This document shows positions 1-14,816 of a stretch of 64,000 bases of DNA, in pieces. Both the position numbers and the translations under genes were made by a program. Where the stretch lies: assembly GCF_009914755.1 (NCBI RefSeq), contig NC_060930.1; one strand, given 5' to 3'. The notes beneath the pieces were generated by a model. The model made no database searches, had not been told where the DNA came from, and was given only the letters and a program-made list of their open reading frames with translations. Position 1 is the stretch's first letter; every line of letters starts with the position of its first letter. This DNA is from the human T2T-CHM13v2.0 reference genome, Homo sapiens.

Positions 1-74
1 CTATTTTCTAAATCACTCTTGACCATCCCCAAATAATCTGACCACGACGGTTGATAGAAAGCTGGGGTCCTGGC

Positions 75-260
75 TGCATACCAGGCACCTCGCCCGGTGT
101 TTACTGGGATCTCATTCATGGCTCAGGCGGGCTCTGGCCTACTTGTGGTTGCTCCCTCACTTAGAGAGGAAGAGGCAGAGACTCAGGGTAAAAACCCACC
201 CAGGTTTGCCCAGCCAGCATGGACCAGAGCTGGGATCTGCACCCAGCTGATTTGATTCCC
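75..260 (-). mobile_element. MIR SINE fragment (degenerate)
   Basis: Weak match to reverse MIR core (cacttagagaggaagaggcagagactcag...ccagagctgggatctgcacccag). Confidence 0.5.
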
Positions 261-319
261 GTCTCCACATCCTAACATGCTCATGCCATACTTTTAGAAA
301 CAGCCAGAAAAATATGTTT

Positions 320-895
320 TTGTAATGTGACAACATAGCTAGGTTAAACTACAAGTCTGAGAATTTCCTTACTTGTGTGGTTCTGGCTTAGGTCTGGCCA
401 CCGGAGAAATAGATGTGAGATATATGAGGCAGGATCAAACCTGCAGGCTACCACTCAGAGGTCCCACACTAGTGCAATCTGCTGGCTCAGGGGCTGGCCT
501 GGGGCCTCCTCCTCCTGCTGGACCTCCCCCTCCAGCTTCTCCGTGTCCTGAGTCAAGCACCGCACAGCTCCACAGCAAAGGACGCCGGCTACTTCAGGTC
601 ACCCATGTCATCCAGGTTGCAGGTGGTGAGAGACAGACACAACTGACCATTTGTCCTTGTGGGTTTAGTTTGTCTTCACAGTTTCCAGTTCGTCCTCAAT
701 TTCCTGTGCTTCATTCATGTCTTGCTTTTCTTAATTTCTGGTCCTGCTGACTTAGAATAGACCCCCTGCTATCGAACACAGAGGCTACAGCCTTCCAAGA
801 TGTCTTCATCAGCTTCCATGATTGCATACAGCCCAATTGCCGTAAGAGATGATCCCAAATGCACATCACTCACGGTGGTTCTGCTTCTCTGATGC
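320..895 (+). mobile_element. ERVL-class LTR (LTR50/LTR52-like)
   Basis: acatagctaggttaaactaca...tggttctggcttagg near the start and ggtggttctgcttctctgat at the end resemble ancient ERVL LTRs; directly followed by ERVL internal sequence. Confidence 0.55.
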
Positions 896-904
896 ACGTG
901 TTGG

Positions 905-2790
<1,886 letters not shown>

Positions 2791-2899
2791 GTTACATCAC
2801 TAATGGTTAACTGACGTATCTCCTGAAAGTCGGCCGTGACTCCTGGTTGCCAAAATATTTGCCTGTGGGTGAAAATGCTTGGCACCACTGATGACCCTC

Positions 2900-4181
2900 A
2901 CTTTAAACTTCCAACCCTGGAATCCCTGGTTCTTCTGCCTGTTCTGCTGCTCCTCTGACTCTCCTTTGTGGCTTCCTCTTCTTCTTTCTAGGCCCTACAT
3001 GTGAGAATCTCTGTGTTTCTGTTCTGGTGCCTTTTCTCTTTCCATTTCCTAAATACCTGTATCTCCTCTAGGTAGAAATTCCAAACTTCCCTCTCCAATC
3101 CCAACTTTTTCTCTGAGCATCATCCCTCCTTTTCCATTAGCTAAACATCAAACCCCTGGGTGCACTATCACCATCTCTAAACCATCCCATATCATTTTAC
3201 TTCTGTTTTCCTATCAGTGAGGCTGCCATCTTCCCAATCAGATGTGAAACATCAGACATCCTTGACTCCACCTCTCTCTTCTCTTCCTACATCTAAACAG
3301 TCACAGAATATTAGCCATTTGTTTGTACCATGTCTTACCTACCTTTCTATTGCTAGAAACCCAGCCCTAGCTCAAATCATGAAGCACCGGTTCTCTCCAG
3401 AGGAACCATAGCAGGCTTCCACTTCTATTCTATCCCCCAACCATCCCCCAACCAGCCTATTCTCAGCATAGGTTCTGTTTTGGTGTGCGTAGTTCCATTA
3501 TTCAAAAACCCACCATGACTCCTCCTTGCCTGCACAACACAGTCCAAGCTTCAGAATTTAGTATTCTTGCCGTTTATTATCAGTTCATCAACCGACATTT
3601 TTCATGACCCATTTTTGCATCCTTTACATAATGGATATTCCAACCAAACTCCACCATTCCCAGAATCTAACCCACAGTTTCCACCTCTACATCTTTATTT
3701 ACAGCATTCCCTTTATCTTTCATACCTTCCTCCTCTCCACCTGTTCCCTTTATCCATAAATATTATTGAATATCTCCCTTGTGTAAGGTCTTATGAACAT
3801 CAGGGCATTGTTCTTCCCCTGGGTTGCTCAGAATCCAGCCTGTTGAAATCCTATGAATCCTGCAAGGTTTAGTCTAGGTACCACCACCTTCTTGGACTCC
3901 TCTTTGATCTCGGTCAGAGGTGACTGCTGACCATTGCACTCTTGCCCTTGCTCGTGATGTTTTCTCAATGCTAGATGCCAGTCCTTCATCCTCGAAGGTT
4001 TTTGTGACAGCTGTTCCTTCTGGCTAGCATGCCCTTACTCCGTGTAGCCAAATTCTTACTTCCTTTAGTCTTTCCTCAAATTCACATCTTCAAAGGCCTT
4101 CCCCCACCACCCTATCTAAAATATCCTCCAACCCTTCCCCTGATTCACTTTTCTTCCTTGATGTTATCAGCACACATACAG

Positions 4182-4219
<38 letters not shown>

Positions 4220-4290
4220 TTTGTTATTTGTGTGTTGTAGGTCTTCCCCACCAGGCTATAAGCTCCATGAGAACAGGGATGCTATATCCG
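2900..4290 (+). mobile_element. L2 LINE fragments
   Basis: CT-rich L2-like tract ending in the L2 3' motif ctataagctccatgagaacaggga. Confidence 0.55.
4184..4217. repeat. (GT)17 microsatellite
   Basis: Direct reading. Confidence 0.97.
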
Positions 4291-5699
4291 AGAACTGCCC
4301 TTTGGCAACACCAGTCACCTTTCCCTCATCCTCCCTCTTAATTTCACAAAGAACACACAACTCCAAAATTATAGTTTATACATTCTTTGGACCAGATCAA
4401 ATTCCTAGACAGGGCTTTCTTTCCCCAATAATTATTTCCACAAGCAGAAAGGGAGAGAGAAATGCATTTATCCTCTCCTGTCCAGCTCATTGCTTTTGAT
4501 TCTGGTTACATCGAAAACAACCACTGCCCTCTCCCCAAGCTTAGCAGACTCTCAAATAAGAACTTCATCAATGTCTCTTGAATGAATTCCCCCTACCCAA
4601 GAAACAACCTCTTACGTATCTTTTCCACAGCTTAATATCCTCCCCACAGCCTGAAGTACTGATGGTGCAGACCACTGACCACAGTTTTCTCTTTTAGGGC
4701 AGCTGTCTTCAGCAGGGACTACCACAGTTCCTTCTTGCAGAACAGCCGCGGGGCCCAGGAGCTGCAAAAGCAGAGAACACTAAAAGCAGAAACAAAGGTG
4801 CTCAGCCCCACTTGTGCCTGGCTTTAAGACAGAGCACCCCTTGGTGTCCCATTAGCTCCAGAAAGAAAAATCACTGGAAGTGGGTCTTTCCTCCTGATGC
4901 CCTGGACTCCCAAGACACTTTCTCCTTTCATTTTTCATCTCGCTGGGAGTCAGTATTTTTGTAACCATCGCTGACTGGATATAAGGGCTCTGTGGGGGAG
5001 ACCCAGTCATCCTAAGTGGCAGAGACAGCTTGTTCCTCCACAATGTATCTTTCTGAGACTGCACATTGGTAGCAAAGGTTGTTTTGTTCATTACTTTTTC
5101 CTGGTATGATTGTGAGCACCCTGTGGAAAAGCAAGCCTTGGCTTTTCTTCTGCGATGGCGTGGTCCCCCACTGCAAGATCAGACACAGAAAGGCCTCTCT
5201 TTGAGAGGAAGAAGCACCCACACCCTGACAGTACTAGGACACCCAGAGCAAACCCTGTAAAGACCATGGGCTCTGCAAACAAAGCTCTCCAGGAAACAGC
5301 CAAGCCAGGACAATTCCCTTTGGTGACCTGCAGTGTTGATCATTTCCAACACCTTTATCTGTGGTCCATCGAGGGTTCTGAGTCATTTATTATTGGCACC
5401 TGTGACACAGGGGTCCTCATGGTACACACGTCTGAGCCTTTATTGCGTGTCTTCTGATCAGCCAGATAGGTACCTCGCACATCTCTAATATGAGCTCTGT
5501 GTCTAGGACTTAATTATCTAGCCTAGATTCATGTAATTCGCCATAGAATCTGGCAAACTGAAAATTGTCAGTCTAAAGACATTCTGTGCAGCTCCTCTGA
5601 TGGCCACCTGAAGGTAATAACAGCCTGTCACCTTTAGACAAGCCGCTTGATTTCTCTGGGCCTGGGCTCCCTCACTAATCAAATGAGAGGGCTAGAAGT

Positions 5700-5892
5700 A
5701 GTTGGTGGCTCTGACCCTGGCTGCGTATTAGAATCACCTGGGGAACTTGTAAACTAACTATGGTGCCTGGGCCCCTCCTTCCCAGACTAATTAAGTGAGA
5801 ATCTGGGGGAGGAGGTGGAGGCCAAAGCCCCAGTATTTTTTAAAAGTTCCCTAGGGAATCCTAATGTGAAGCCAACATTGGGGAACCACCAG
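5700..5892. mobile_element. MER5A-type hAT-Charlie DNA transposon fossil
   Basis: ggctgcgtattagaatcacctgggga...aaaagttccctagggaatcctaatgtgaagccaacattggggaaccac. Confidence 0.75.
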
Positions 5893-6334
5893 ATTGGAAG
5901 ATCCTCAGGTCCCTTAGTGCTCACCTCACTCTGCTCTGCAAGGTGCCCAGGATGTGCCCAGGAGCAGCTGTTGCTGTTTGAGCACGGAGAGGCATTTCTA
6001 ACAATGGCTTGCCTGGAGAGAAAGAGAGCCACAGCATGGGGGACCCACCCAGTGACATCTTACTGTTCAAAGTAAAAAAGTTCACTTACAATCACAATGG
6101 CCTCTGCAGGGGCTTAATGTGTCCATGGAGAACACAGGATCAGGGGTCTTCAGGATTTTTCCAGGAGTTTCATCTCAACAAACAGTGCTCAAAACAGAGA
6201 CCTGTCAATCTAACAGTATAAGCAGCCCTATCATTTATAGGTGGCCTTGTCCCTCTCTACAAAGGTGTATGTGCTCAGCCTTTGAGGCCCACCTAAATCC
6301 CACCTCTCTGTTTCTGCTTTCTGTCCCTACTTTC

Positions 6335-6590
6335 CCTCATCCATCCATTCATTCATTCAACAAATGTCTATTTCAGTGCCTAATTTATTGAGGCACCGTT
6401 CTAGGCACTTGGGATATATTAGTAAACAAAAGCAAAGAAAAAACAAAGGAGAGTAGGCTAAGGCTGATGAGCAGAGCTGGGGGAAACACCAAGGTGTAAA
6501 CTGCAATAATAAAGAGGTAGTGGGGCTCAACCCCACCGACAAGGTGGTATCGGAGTGAAAACTTGAACCTGCTCCTCTTAATTCTGCTCC
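6335..6590 (-). mobile_element. L2a 3' end
   Basis: cattcattcattcaacaaatgtctatt...aggcaccgttctaggcact (reverse of the L2 tail). Confidence 0.7.
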
Positions 6591-6623
6591 ACAGTTCCCT
6601 TCCACCTGGAATTTTATATGGCT

Positions 6624-7277
6624 AGCCAGGTGCATTAGCTCACGCCTGCAATCCCAGCACTTTAGGAGGCCAAGGCAGGTGGATCGCTTGAGCTCAGGAG
6701 TTTGAGACCAGCCTGGGCAACATGACTAGACCCCATCTCTACAAAAAATACAAAAATTAGACTGGGCATGGTGGCTCACGCCTGTAATCCCAGAACATTG
6801 GGAGACCAAGGCAGGCAGATCACTTGAGGTCAGGAGTTCAAGACCAGCCTGGGCCAACATGGTGAAACCCTGTCTCCACCAAAAAATAAAAAAAATAAAA
6901 AAATTAGCCAAGCGTGGTGGTGCACACCTGTAGTCCTAGCTACTCAAGAGGCTGAGGTGGGAGAATCACTTGAACCCCGGAGGCAGAGGTTGCAGTAAGT
7001 GGAGATTGAGCCACTGTACTCCAGCCTGGGCAACAGAGTAAGACCCTATCTCAAAATATATATATAGATATATACACACACACATATATATATATATACA
7101 CAAAAATTAGCTGGGTGTTGTGGTGTGAGTCTGTAATTCCAACTACTTGGGAGGTAGAGGCTCAGGCAGGAGGATAGCTTGAGCATGGGAAATGGAGGTT
7201 GCAGTAAGCAGAGATCAAAACATTGCACTCCAGCATGGGCAACAGAATGAGACCCTGTCTCAAAAAAAAAAAAAAAA
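6624..7277 (+). mobile_element. AluJ split by a nested same-strand AluS (6761-7099) in its A-rich linker
   Basis: Left arm 6624-6760, full AluS, right arm 7111-7277; inner TSD acaaaaattag at 6750-6760 and 7100-7110; degenerate outer TSD gaattttatatggct/gaattatctgtggct. Confidence 0.9.
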
Positions 7278-7563
7278 GAATTATCTGTGGCTCCATGTTA
7301 CTATTTCATGTGTTAGTGACTTCCTCCATGAAATTTTAAGCATCCTAAGGGAAGGAATATGGTTTATACTTTTCTGAACCTGCTCAGCACAGAGCAGATA
7401 ATATGCACTGAGGGGGAAAAAAAAAAAACACCATTGAGATGGGGAAAGGCAAAAATAAGGCTAAAAGGACTATTTCATCTTATCTGCATTACAATCCATT
7501 CCTCCATCATACACACACGCAGAAGGTTTTTGGTTCCATTCTTAGATCAAATGGGCTTAATTC

Positions 7564-7690
7564 CATAGAATCATAGCATTTTAGACTGGAGGGGGACCCT
7601 GCAAATCATCTAATCCATATCTCTCATTTTATAGGCAAGGAGCCTGTGGCCTGAAAGTCTGGGATTCTCCCAAGTAAATGAGTGGCAGGC
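7564..7690 (-). mobile_element. MIR3-like fragment
   Basis: catagaatcatagcattttagactggag...ctctcattttataggcaagg. Confidence 0.55.
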
Positions 7691-10460
7691 ATTCCCCCAA
7701 AGGTCACACTGCTGCTGAATGAGCTGTCACTGCCACTTAGGAGCACCACAGGCTGCAGCACCAGCCAGGGCCACCCCTCACCCACTCAGTGACTCCTTCA
7801 AACAGACACTGACCCACAGCGCAAGGCGGATGTGGGGGCAGCTCGAAGCATCGCCACACCTCATGCCCCTGTCTCTGCTGGGCCCTCCATAGCACCGGAG
7901 CTCCCTTCCAATTCCCTTCAAATCCAGAAATTTGGCCCAATCAATTTACAGAACAAAGAGTTTTTTCAACATACTGTGTTTTTCTGTAATGAACCTGCCT
8001 GCACCTTGGTGTCTCTCTCAGAAAAGACGTAGATGGTAACTATCACTTTAAATGAGCAAGGAATTCATAATAAAACTGAAATCTACAACAGTCTTTTCAA
8101 CCTTTATTAACCCATGCCCTCTTAAGGTAAGCACAAAATCACCCACTCCTTTAAGGGTCATTAAAGTTGCAGAATAAACCACATGCCACAGCTAAATACA
8201 AAACAGTAATAATTTAAAATGCATTTTTATCTTGAAAGATACCTTAACTTAAAAACATGTAATATTACTATGAACACTAAGTCTGCTTCCTTACTTGCTC
8301 CTCAGTTCTTTTTTAAGAGGAAATAGATTTTGTTTTTTTTTCCCAAATACAAAATACTGTAATATTCACAGTGCTTTTCTAAAACTACACAGGGTCTTAT
8401 TAGGTGTTAATGGAAAAAGGCAAAGCTATATTTTAAACTCTGTTGACCTAAAAGTTAAATGATGCCAGAAAACATAAGACTTTTTGGAATGAGTACACAG
8501 CTTGGAATCTGGCACCATGTTTTTTAATTCAGATAAAAGGGGCGTTTGGCAGGGACGGCTTTGCCAAGTCTGCATGATTTGACTCTGCAATCACGAGTTC
8601 TGAAACCTCAACCTAATTCCCAAGATTACTGAGATCTTGGGGTCTGTCGTCAGCACCATCCCTGACCAGAGCGGACAAAAGTTGAATGGAAACTGAGTAC
8701 CACGTGTGTAGCCTTGAAAAAAAAAAGGTTTATATGTCTGTGGCGGCCTGCCAGAGGCTTATAATAGAACCTCAAATAATAGCCAAGCAGGGAAATAGGC
8801 AGGGGCTTGCAGTTTCATCCCCTGTAGGAAGAAATCATAATATTGTCAACTAGTGAGAAAAATAAAAAATTGGAAATGTTACCGACAAGAATGTTGGGCT
8901 GAACTGCAGACTGTATTACACTTTGTTGTCCTTTGTATTCAAAGATAATGTGCCTGACAGTGATTGTTCGCTGAGCCTCAGAATGTGGCTTAAATACCAA
9001 TGGGAAGCTCCAGAGTCTTTTCCATGCTCCATAAATTGTGCCGTGGTTTGCTGCTGCTGCCTTGTCACTCTTTGTTGCTCTGCTCTTTAGATTCATGGGT
9101 AAGCTGAAGCCTTTGGTCCAAAGGGAGGGAGCTCATGCCTTCCTGCCCACGGTGGGATGGTCAACTCATGCCTCTGGTTCGACAAAAGTTGATGCTACAA
9201 AGAGGAGCTTGGGAAGCCACTGTTGCTGTAGGAGGAAAGTACCTCCTTCGCCCCCAATAACCCAGGAAACAGCAAGGGTACCAGGAAACCGCTGAGCATC
9301 CTAGTGATAAGGGCATTGAGTAGAGAGCATGGACAAGTTCCAACCCCACACCACTGCCCAAATGAAACATTGAGCTCCAGAGAGTCCCCCCACCGCAGCT
9401 ACCATCTATCAAGCATCTATGCCAGGAGATTTACAAACTGTGAAGTCAATGACTCATCTTATAGCCCTCAGAGAAATGAGGTCAAGGGCACACTGCTGCC
9501 CCAAAATTAGAGAGGCAGGCAGGCAGATACAGAGAATCACAAATTACCAGAGCAGAAACCTCTATGGGAACCAGTACCAAGGTGCAAAACCCTGGACTGT
9601 AATTGATAAATTGTTGGAGGCTCAGTGTGGACAGGTCTGAGAATTAAAAATTCCAGGATGACCCAGTCACAGGGGGCCCCCACACTTCTGTAAGTTTACC
9701 TTTAGGAGCTCCAGCAGCTGCACAGTGAATACTAAAGAAAGAAAACCCTCTTGAGCTTCCAGCAGGGGGAGGAGAAAAGGAACCATTTTGAGATAAAACA
9801 GAGCATTCTGTTCTTCTAACAAGACCTGCCCTCAAGAGAAACTGTTTTACCCGAGCCTCACCTGTCGGGTGCTTTTCAGAGCCTAACAGACCTGGAGAAG
9901 GGAAATAACCAATCCCAGCCTGCTGTAGCCTTCCACGTGGGGCAAGGGAAAATCCCAACTCCTACTCCCTCATATGAGTTAATATGCAAAGGGCTTTACT
10001 GAAGAAATCTAGGTAGACAACATGTAAAAACACTTGGATAATATAGGCATAGAGATGGAAATTCCACGAAGGAATCAAAAAGAAATACTAAAGATCAAAA
10101 ACACTGTAACAGAGATGAAGAATGCCTTTGACATGCTCACAAGGAGACTGGACATGGCCAAAGAAAAAAATCTCTGAGCTGGGGGATATGATAACAGAAA
10201 CTTCCAAACTGAAACACAAAGAGAAAAAAACGACTGAAAAACACTAAACAGAACATCAAAGAACTATGGGACACTTGCAAAAGGTGTAATACATGCATAA
10301 GGGGAATCCCAGAAGGAGAAAAAAGAGAAAGGAACAGAAGCAGTATTTGAAGCAATAATGACTGTGAATTTCCCTCAAATTAATGTCAGACACTAAACCA
10401 CAGGAAGCCAGAGAACATAAAGCAGGATAAATGCAAAAAGGAAAAAAACTATACCGAGTA

Positions 10461-10796
<336 letters not shown>

Positions 10797-11441
10797 TCAG
10801 AAAAATCAAAAGGAAAAAATCTTGAAAGATGCCAGAAGTTTAAAAAAAAAAACACCTTACCTATAGAGGAACTAAGATAAGATAAGAATGAATAAGATAA
10901 GAATTACATCAGACTTCTCAGAAACATGCAAGCAAGAAGAGACTGGAGTGAAATATTTAGTGTTGAGAGAAAAAAAGAAAAACAACACCACCAACCTAAA
11001 ATCCTACCCTGTAAAATTATCCTTCAAAAGTGAAGTAGAAATAAAGACTTTCTCAGAAAAACAAAAATTGAGGGAAAGTGTTGCCAATAGCACTGGTTTG
11101 CAATAAATTTTAAAAGAAGTTCTTCAGAGAGAAAAAAAAAAAACTAATATAGGTCAGAAAGTCAGATCTGCAAAAGGAAAGGAAGAGCATCAGAGAAGGA
11201 ATAAGTGAAGGCAAAATTAAAAAAACGTATTTTTCTCATTCTTAATTGATCTAAAAGATAATGACTTGTTTAAAATAATAACAATATATTTATTTCTGTA
11301 TGCTTTTGTGTGTATGTGTATACATGCTTGTGTATGCATATGTGTGTGTGTTTCTGTATGCTTACGTATAAGTGAAATGAATGACAGCAATGCTACAATG
11401 GACACAAAAGTGGAATTAGGACTGTGTTTTGTGATATTTGT

Positions 11442-11760
<319 letters not shown>

Positions 11761-11817
11761 GATATTTGCATTACTCCTGATGCAATATAGTGTTATTTGA
11801 AAGTGAACTTAGATTAA

Positions 11818-12142
<325 letters not shown>

Positions 12143-12236
12143 AGGCAACCCAATTTTTTAAAAAAGGTATAATTGATATGCAGAAAAAGGAAAGAAAATG
12201 GAATCATATAAAATGCTTAATTAAAACTGCAAAAGG

Positions 12237-13280
12237 AGCCTCTCTCGCCCCACCTTCGCTAATACCAGTGCCTCCTCTACCTCTGTGCACTCCATGAAGG
12301 AGATGGGGCTAGAGCCAGGAGGTCTCCACACCTGCTCTCCCACAAAGCGGACTGCCCACAAGGCCACCGATGTAAAGCGCCCAGGAAGCCACTGGCTGCA
12401 AAAGCCGCTCGCAGAGTGCGCCCTCTACCGGAGGGGTGAAGGAACCTCATCGTCCCAGGTCCGGTACTGTGGCACTCCGGGAAATCAGACGTCATCTGAA
12501 GTCCAGGAATTCCTGTTTCACAAACTTCCTTCCCAGCATCTGGTGTGAGAAATTGCTCAGGACTTTAAAACAGATCTGCGCTTCCAGACCGCAACTATTG
12601 GTGCTTTGCAGGAGTCAAGCGATGCCTTGCTGAAGACATTAACTTGTGTGCTGTCTATGCCAAACGTGTAACAATTGTGCCAAAAGACATCCGGCTAATA
12701 TGCCCCATATGTGGGAGAACGTGGATAAGATCACTACGATGGGAAACATTTCATTCTCAAAAAAAAAAAAAAAAAAAAATTCTCTTCACCACCTGTTAGT
12801 GATGTTAGTGATGGTTCTGAATGTTAGGTTTTTTTTTTTTTTCCCATGGGGTCAAAAGGAACCTAAGAATATGACTGTGAGTGGAAAAATACAGGACTTA
12901 AATCAGGTATTGGCAGTTTTTCCATTTTTATTTGTGTGTGAATTTTTAATATAAATGCAGGGACACAAGGCATTAATGCAAGCCAAAATGTTTCAGTGAA
13001 CAAGTTTCAGCAGTTCAACTTTATAATAATTATAAACAAACCTGTTAAATTTTTCTCGATAATGCCAGCATTTGGATTTTTTAAAACAATTCAGCTTCTA
13101 TGGACAGCAAGCAAATGGTGTTTGTAGCATTTTTATCATACAGTAGACCCCATTCATTCACTATTCTGAGTTATCCTACATGACAGTACATGTTTCTAAT
13201 ATTGTCTGTCTTCTGTGCTGTTCCTGTAAGTTTTAAAATGCATTAAATTCTTTAAAAAATTAAAATAGAAATTTAAAAAA
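12237..13280 (+). pseudogene. Processed pseudogene of histone H3.3 (H3F3A/H3-3A mRNA): 5'UTR, intronless broken CDS ~12333-12728, full 3'UTR
   Basis: [31 protein letters not shown] and H3.3-specific S31 and I89-G90 codons; H3F3A-type 3'UTR (gggaaacatttcattctc(A)n, aaatcaggtattggcagtttttcc); ATG lost, frameshifts; A-rich tail; degenerate TSD aaaactgcaaaagg (12223-12236)/caagctacaaaagg (13281-13294). Confidence 0.95.
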
Positions 13281-13444
13281 CAAGCTACAAAAGGCAAAAA
13301 AAAGTATGGAAGACAAAAACAGGAACAAAGAACAAGAGCAACCAATAGAAAACAATAACAAATATGGCAGACATCAATTCAACTATATCAATAATCACTT
13401 CAAATGTCAATGGTCTACCTACACCACTTAAAACATAAATAAAG

Positions 13445-13750
13445 GGCTGGGTGTGGTGTCTCAGGCCTTTAATCCCAGCATATTGGGAGACCAAGCCAAG
13501 CAGATCTCTTAAGCCCAGGAATTCAAGATCATCCTGAGTAACATGGCAAAACCTCATCTCTACAAAAAAATACAAAAACTAGCCAAGCATGCTGGTACAC
13601 ACCTGTAGTCCCAACTTCTCTGGAGGCTGAGGTGGGAGGATCACTTCAGCCTGGGAGGTCAAGGCAGCAGTAAGCCAAGTTCGTAGCACTGCACTCCAGC
13701 CTGGGTGACAGAGCCAGACCCTGCCTCAAAAAAAAAAAGAAAAAGAAAAA
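13445..13750 (+). mobile_element. AluJ
   Basis: Diverged dimer with J diagnostics (ggaggatcacttcagcctgggaggtcaaggcagcag). Confidence 0.9.
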
Positions 13751-13786
13751 GATAGATATTCAAAGTGCATCAAAACATATGACCCA

Positions 13787-14816
13787 GGACCGTTCCAAGA
13801 TGGCTGAATAGGAACAGCTCTAGTCTGCAGCTCCCAGTGTGATCAACACAGAAGATGGGTGATTTCTGCATTTCCAGCTGAGGTACCTGGTTCATCTCAT
13901 TGGGACTGGTTGGACAGTGGGTGCAGCCCACAGAGGGCAAGCTGAAGCAGGGCAGGGTGTTGCCTCAGCTGGGAAGTTCAAGGAGTCAGATTTCCCTTTC
14001 CTAGCCAAGGGAAGCCATGACAGACTGTACCTGGAAAAATGGGGCACTTCTGCCCAAATACTGCGCTTTTCCAACTGTCTTAGCAAACGGCATACCAGGA
14101 GATCATATCCTGCGCCTGGCTCAGTGAGTCCCACACCCATGGAGCCTTGCTAATTGCTAGCGCAGCAGTCTGAGATGGACTTGCAAGGTAGCAGCCTGGC
14201 AGGGGGAGGGACGTCCGCCATTGCTGAGGCTTGAGTAGGTAAACAAAGCGGAAGGGAAGCTAGAATGGGGCAGAGCCCACCACAGCTCAACAAGGCCTAC
14301 TGCCTCTGTAGACCCCACCTCTGGGGGCAGGGCATAGCTGAACAAAAGGCAGCAGAAACTTCTTCAGACTTAAACATCCCTGTCTGACAGCTCTGAAGAG
14401 AGCAGTGGTTCTTTCAGCATGGTGTTTGAGCTCTGAGAACAGACAGACTGCCTCCTCAAGTGGGTCCCTGACCCCCGTGTAGACTAACGGAGAGACACAT
14501 CCCAGTAGGGGCCGACTGACACCTCATAGAGGTGGGTGCCCCTCTGGGACAAAGCTTCCAGAGGAAGGATCAGGCAGCAATATTTACCGTTCTGCAATAT
14601 TTGCTGTTCTGTGGCCTCCGCTGGTGATACCCAGGCAAACAGTGTCTGGAGTAGACCTCCAGCAAACTCCAACAGACCTGGAGCTTAGAAACCTGTTAGA
14701 AGGAAAACTAACAAACAGAAAGGAATAGCATCAACATCAACAAAAAGGACATCCACACCAAAACCCCATCTGTAGGTCACCAACATCAAAGACCAAAGGT
14801 AGATAAAACCACAAAG
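13787..14816. promoter_or_regulatory. L1 5'UTR internal sense promoter and antisense promoter region
   Basis: YY1-type motif caagatggc at 13796-13804; retains the ~129-bp segment (~14539-14666) absent from younger L1s; CpG-depleted, so activity is uncertain. Confidence 0.6.
13892..14221 (-). pseudogene. L1 ORF0 remnant (premature stop at codon 24, in-frame restart ATG at 14140)
   Basis: Manual translation from 14221: MADVPPPARLLPCKSISDCCASN*QGS then MGVGLTEPGAGYDLLVCRLLRQLEKRSIW, homologous to recalled L1 ORF0. Confidence 0.75.

Noticed and set aside
4850-5460. Cluster of short ORFs in apparently unique sequence
   Set aside because: No recognisable protein similarity or convincing exon boundaries
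12759-12779. Poly(A) run as the pseudogene tail
   Set aside because: It is an internal A-tract of the H3F3A 3'UTR; homology continues ~480 bp further to the real tail and TSD
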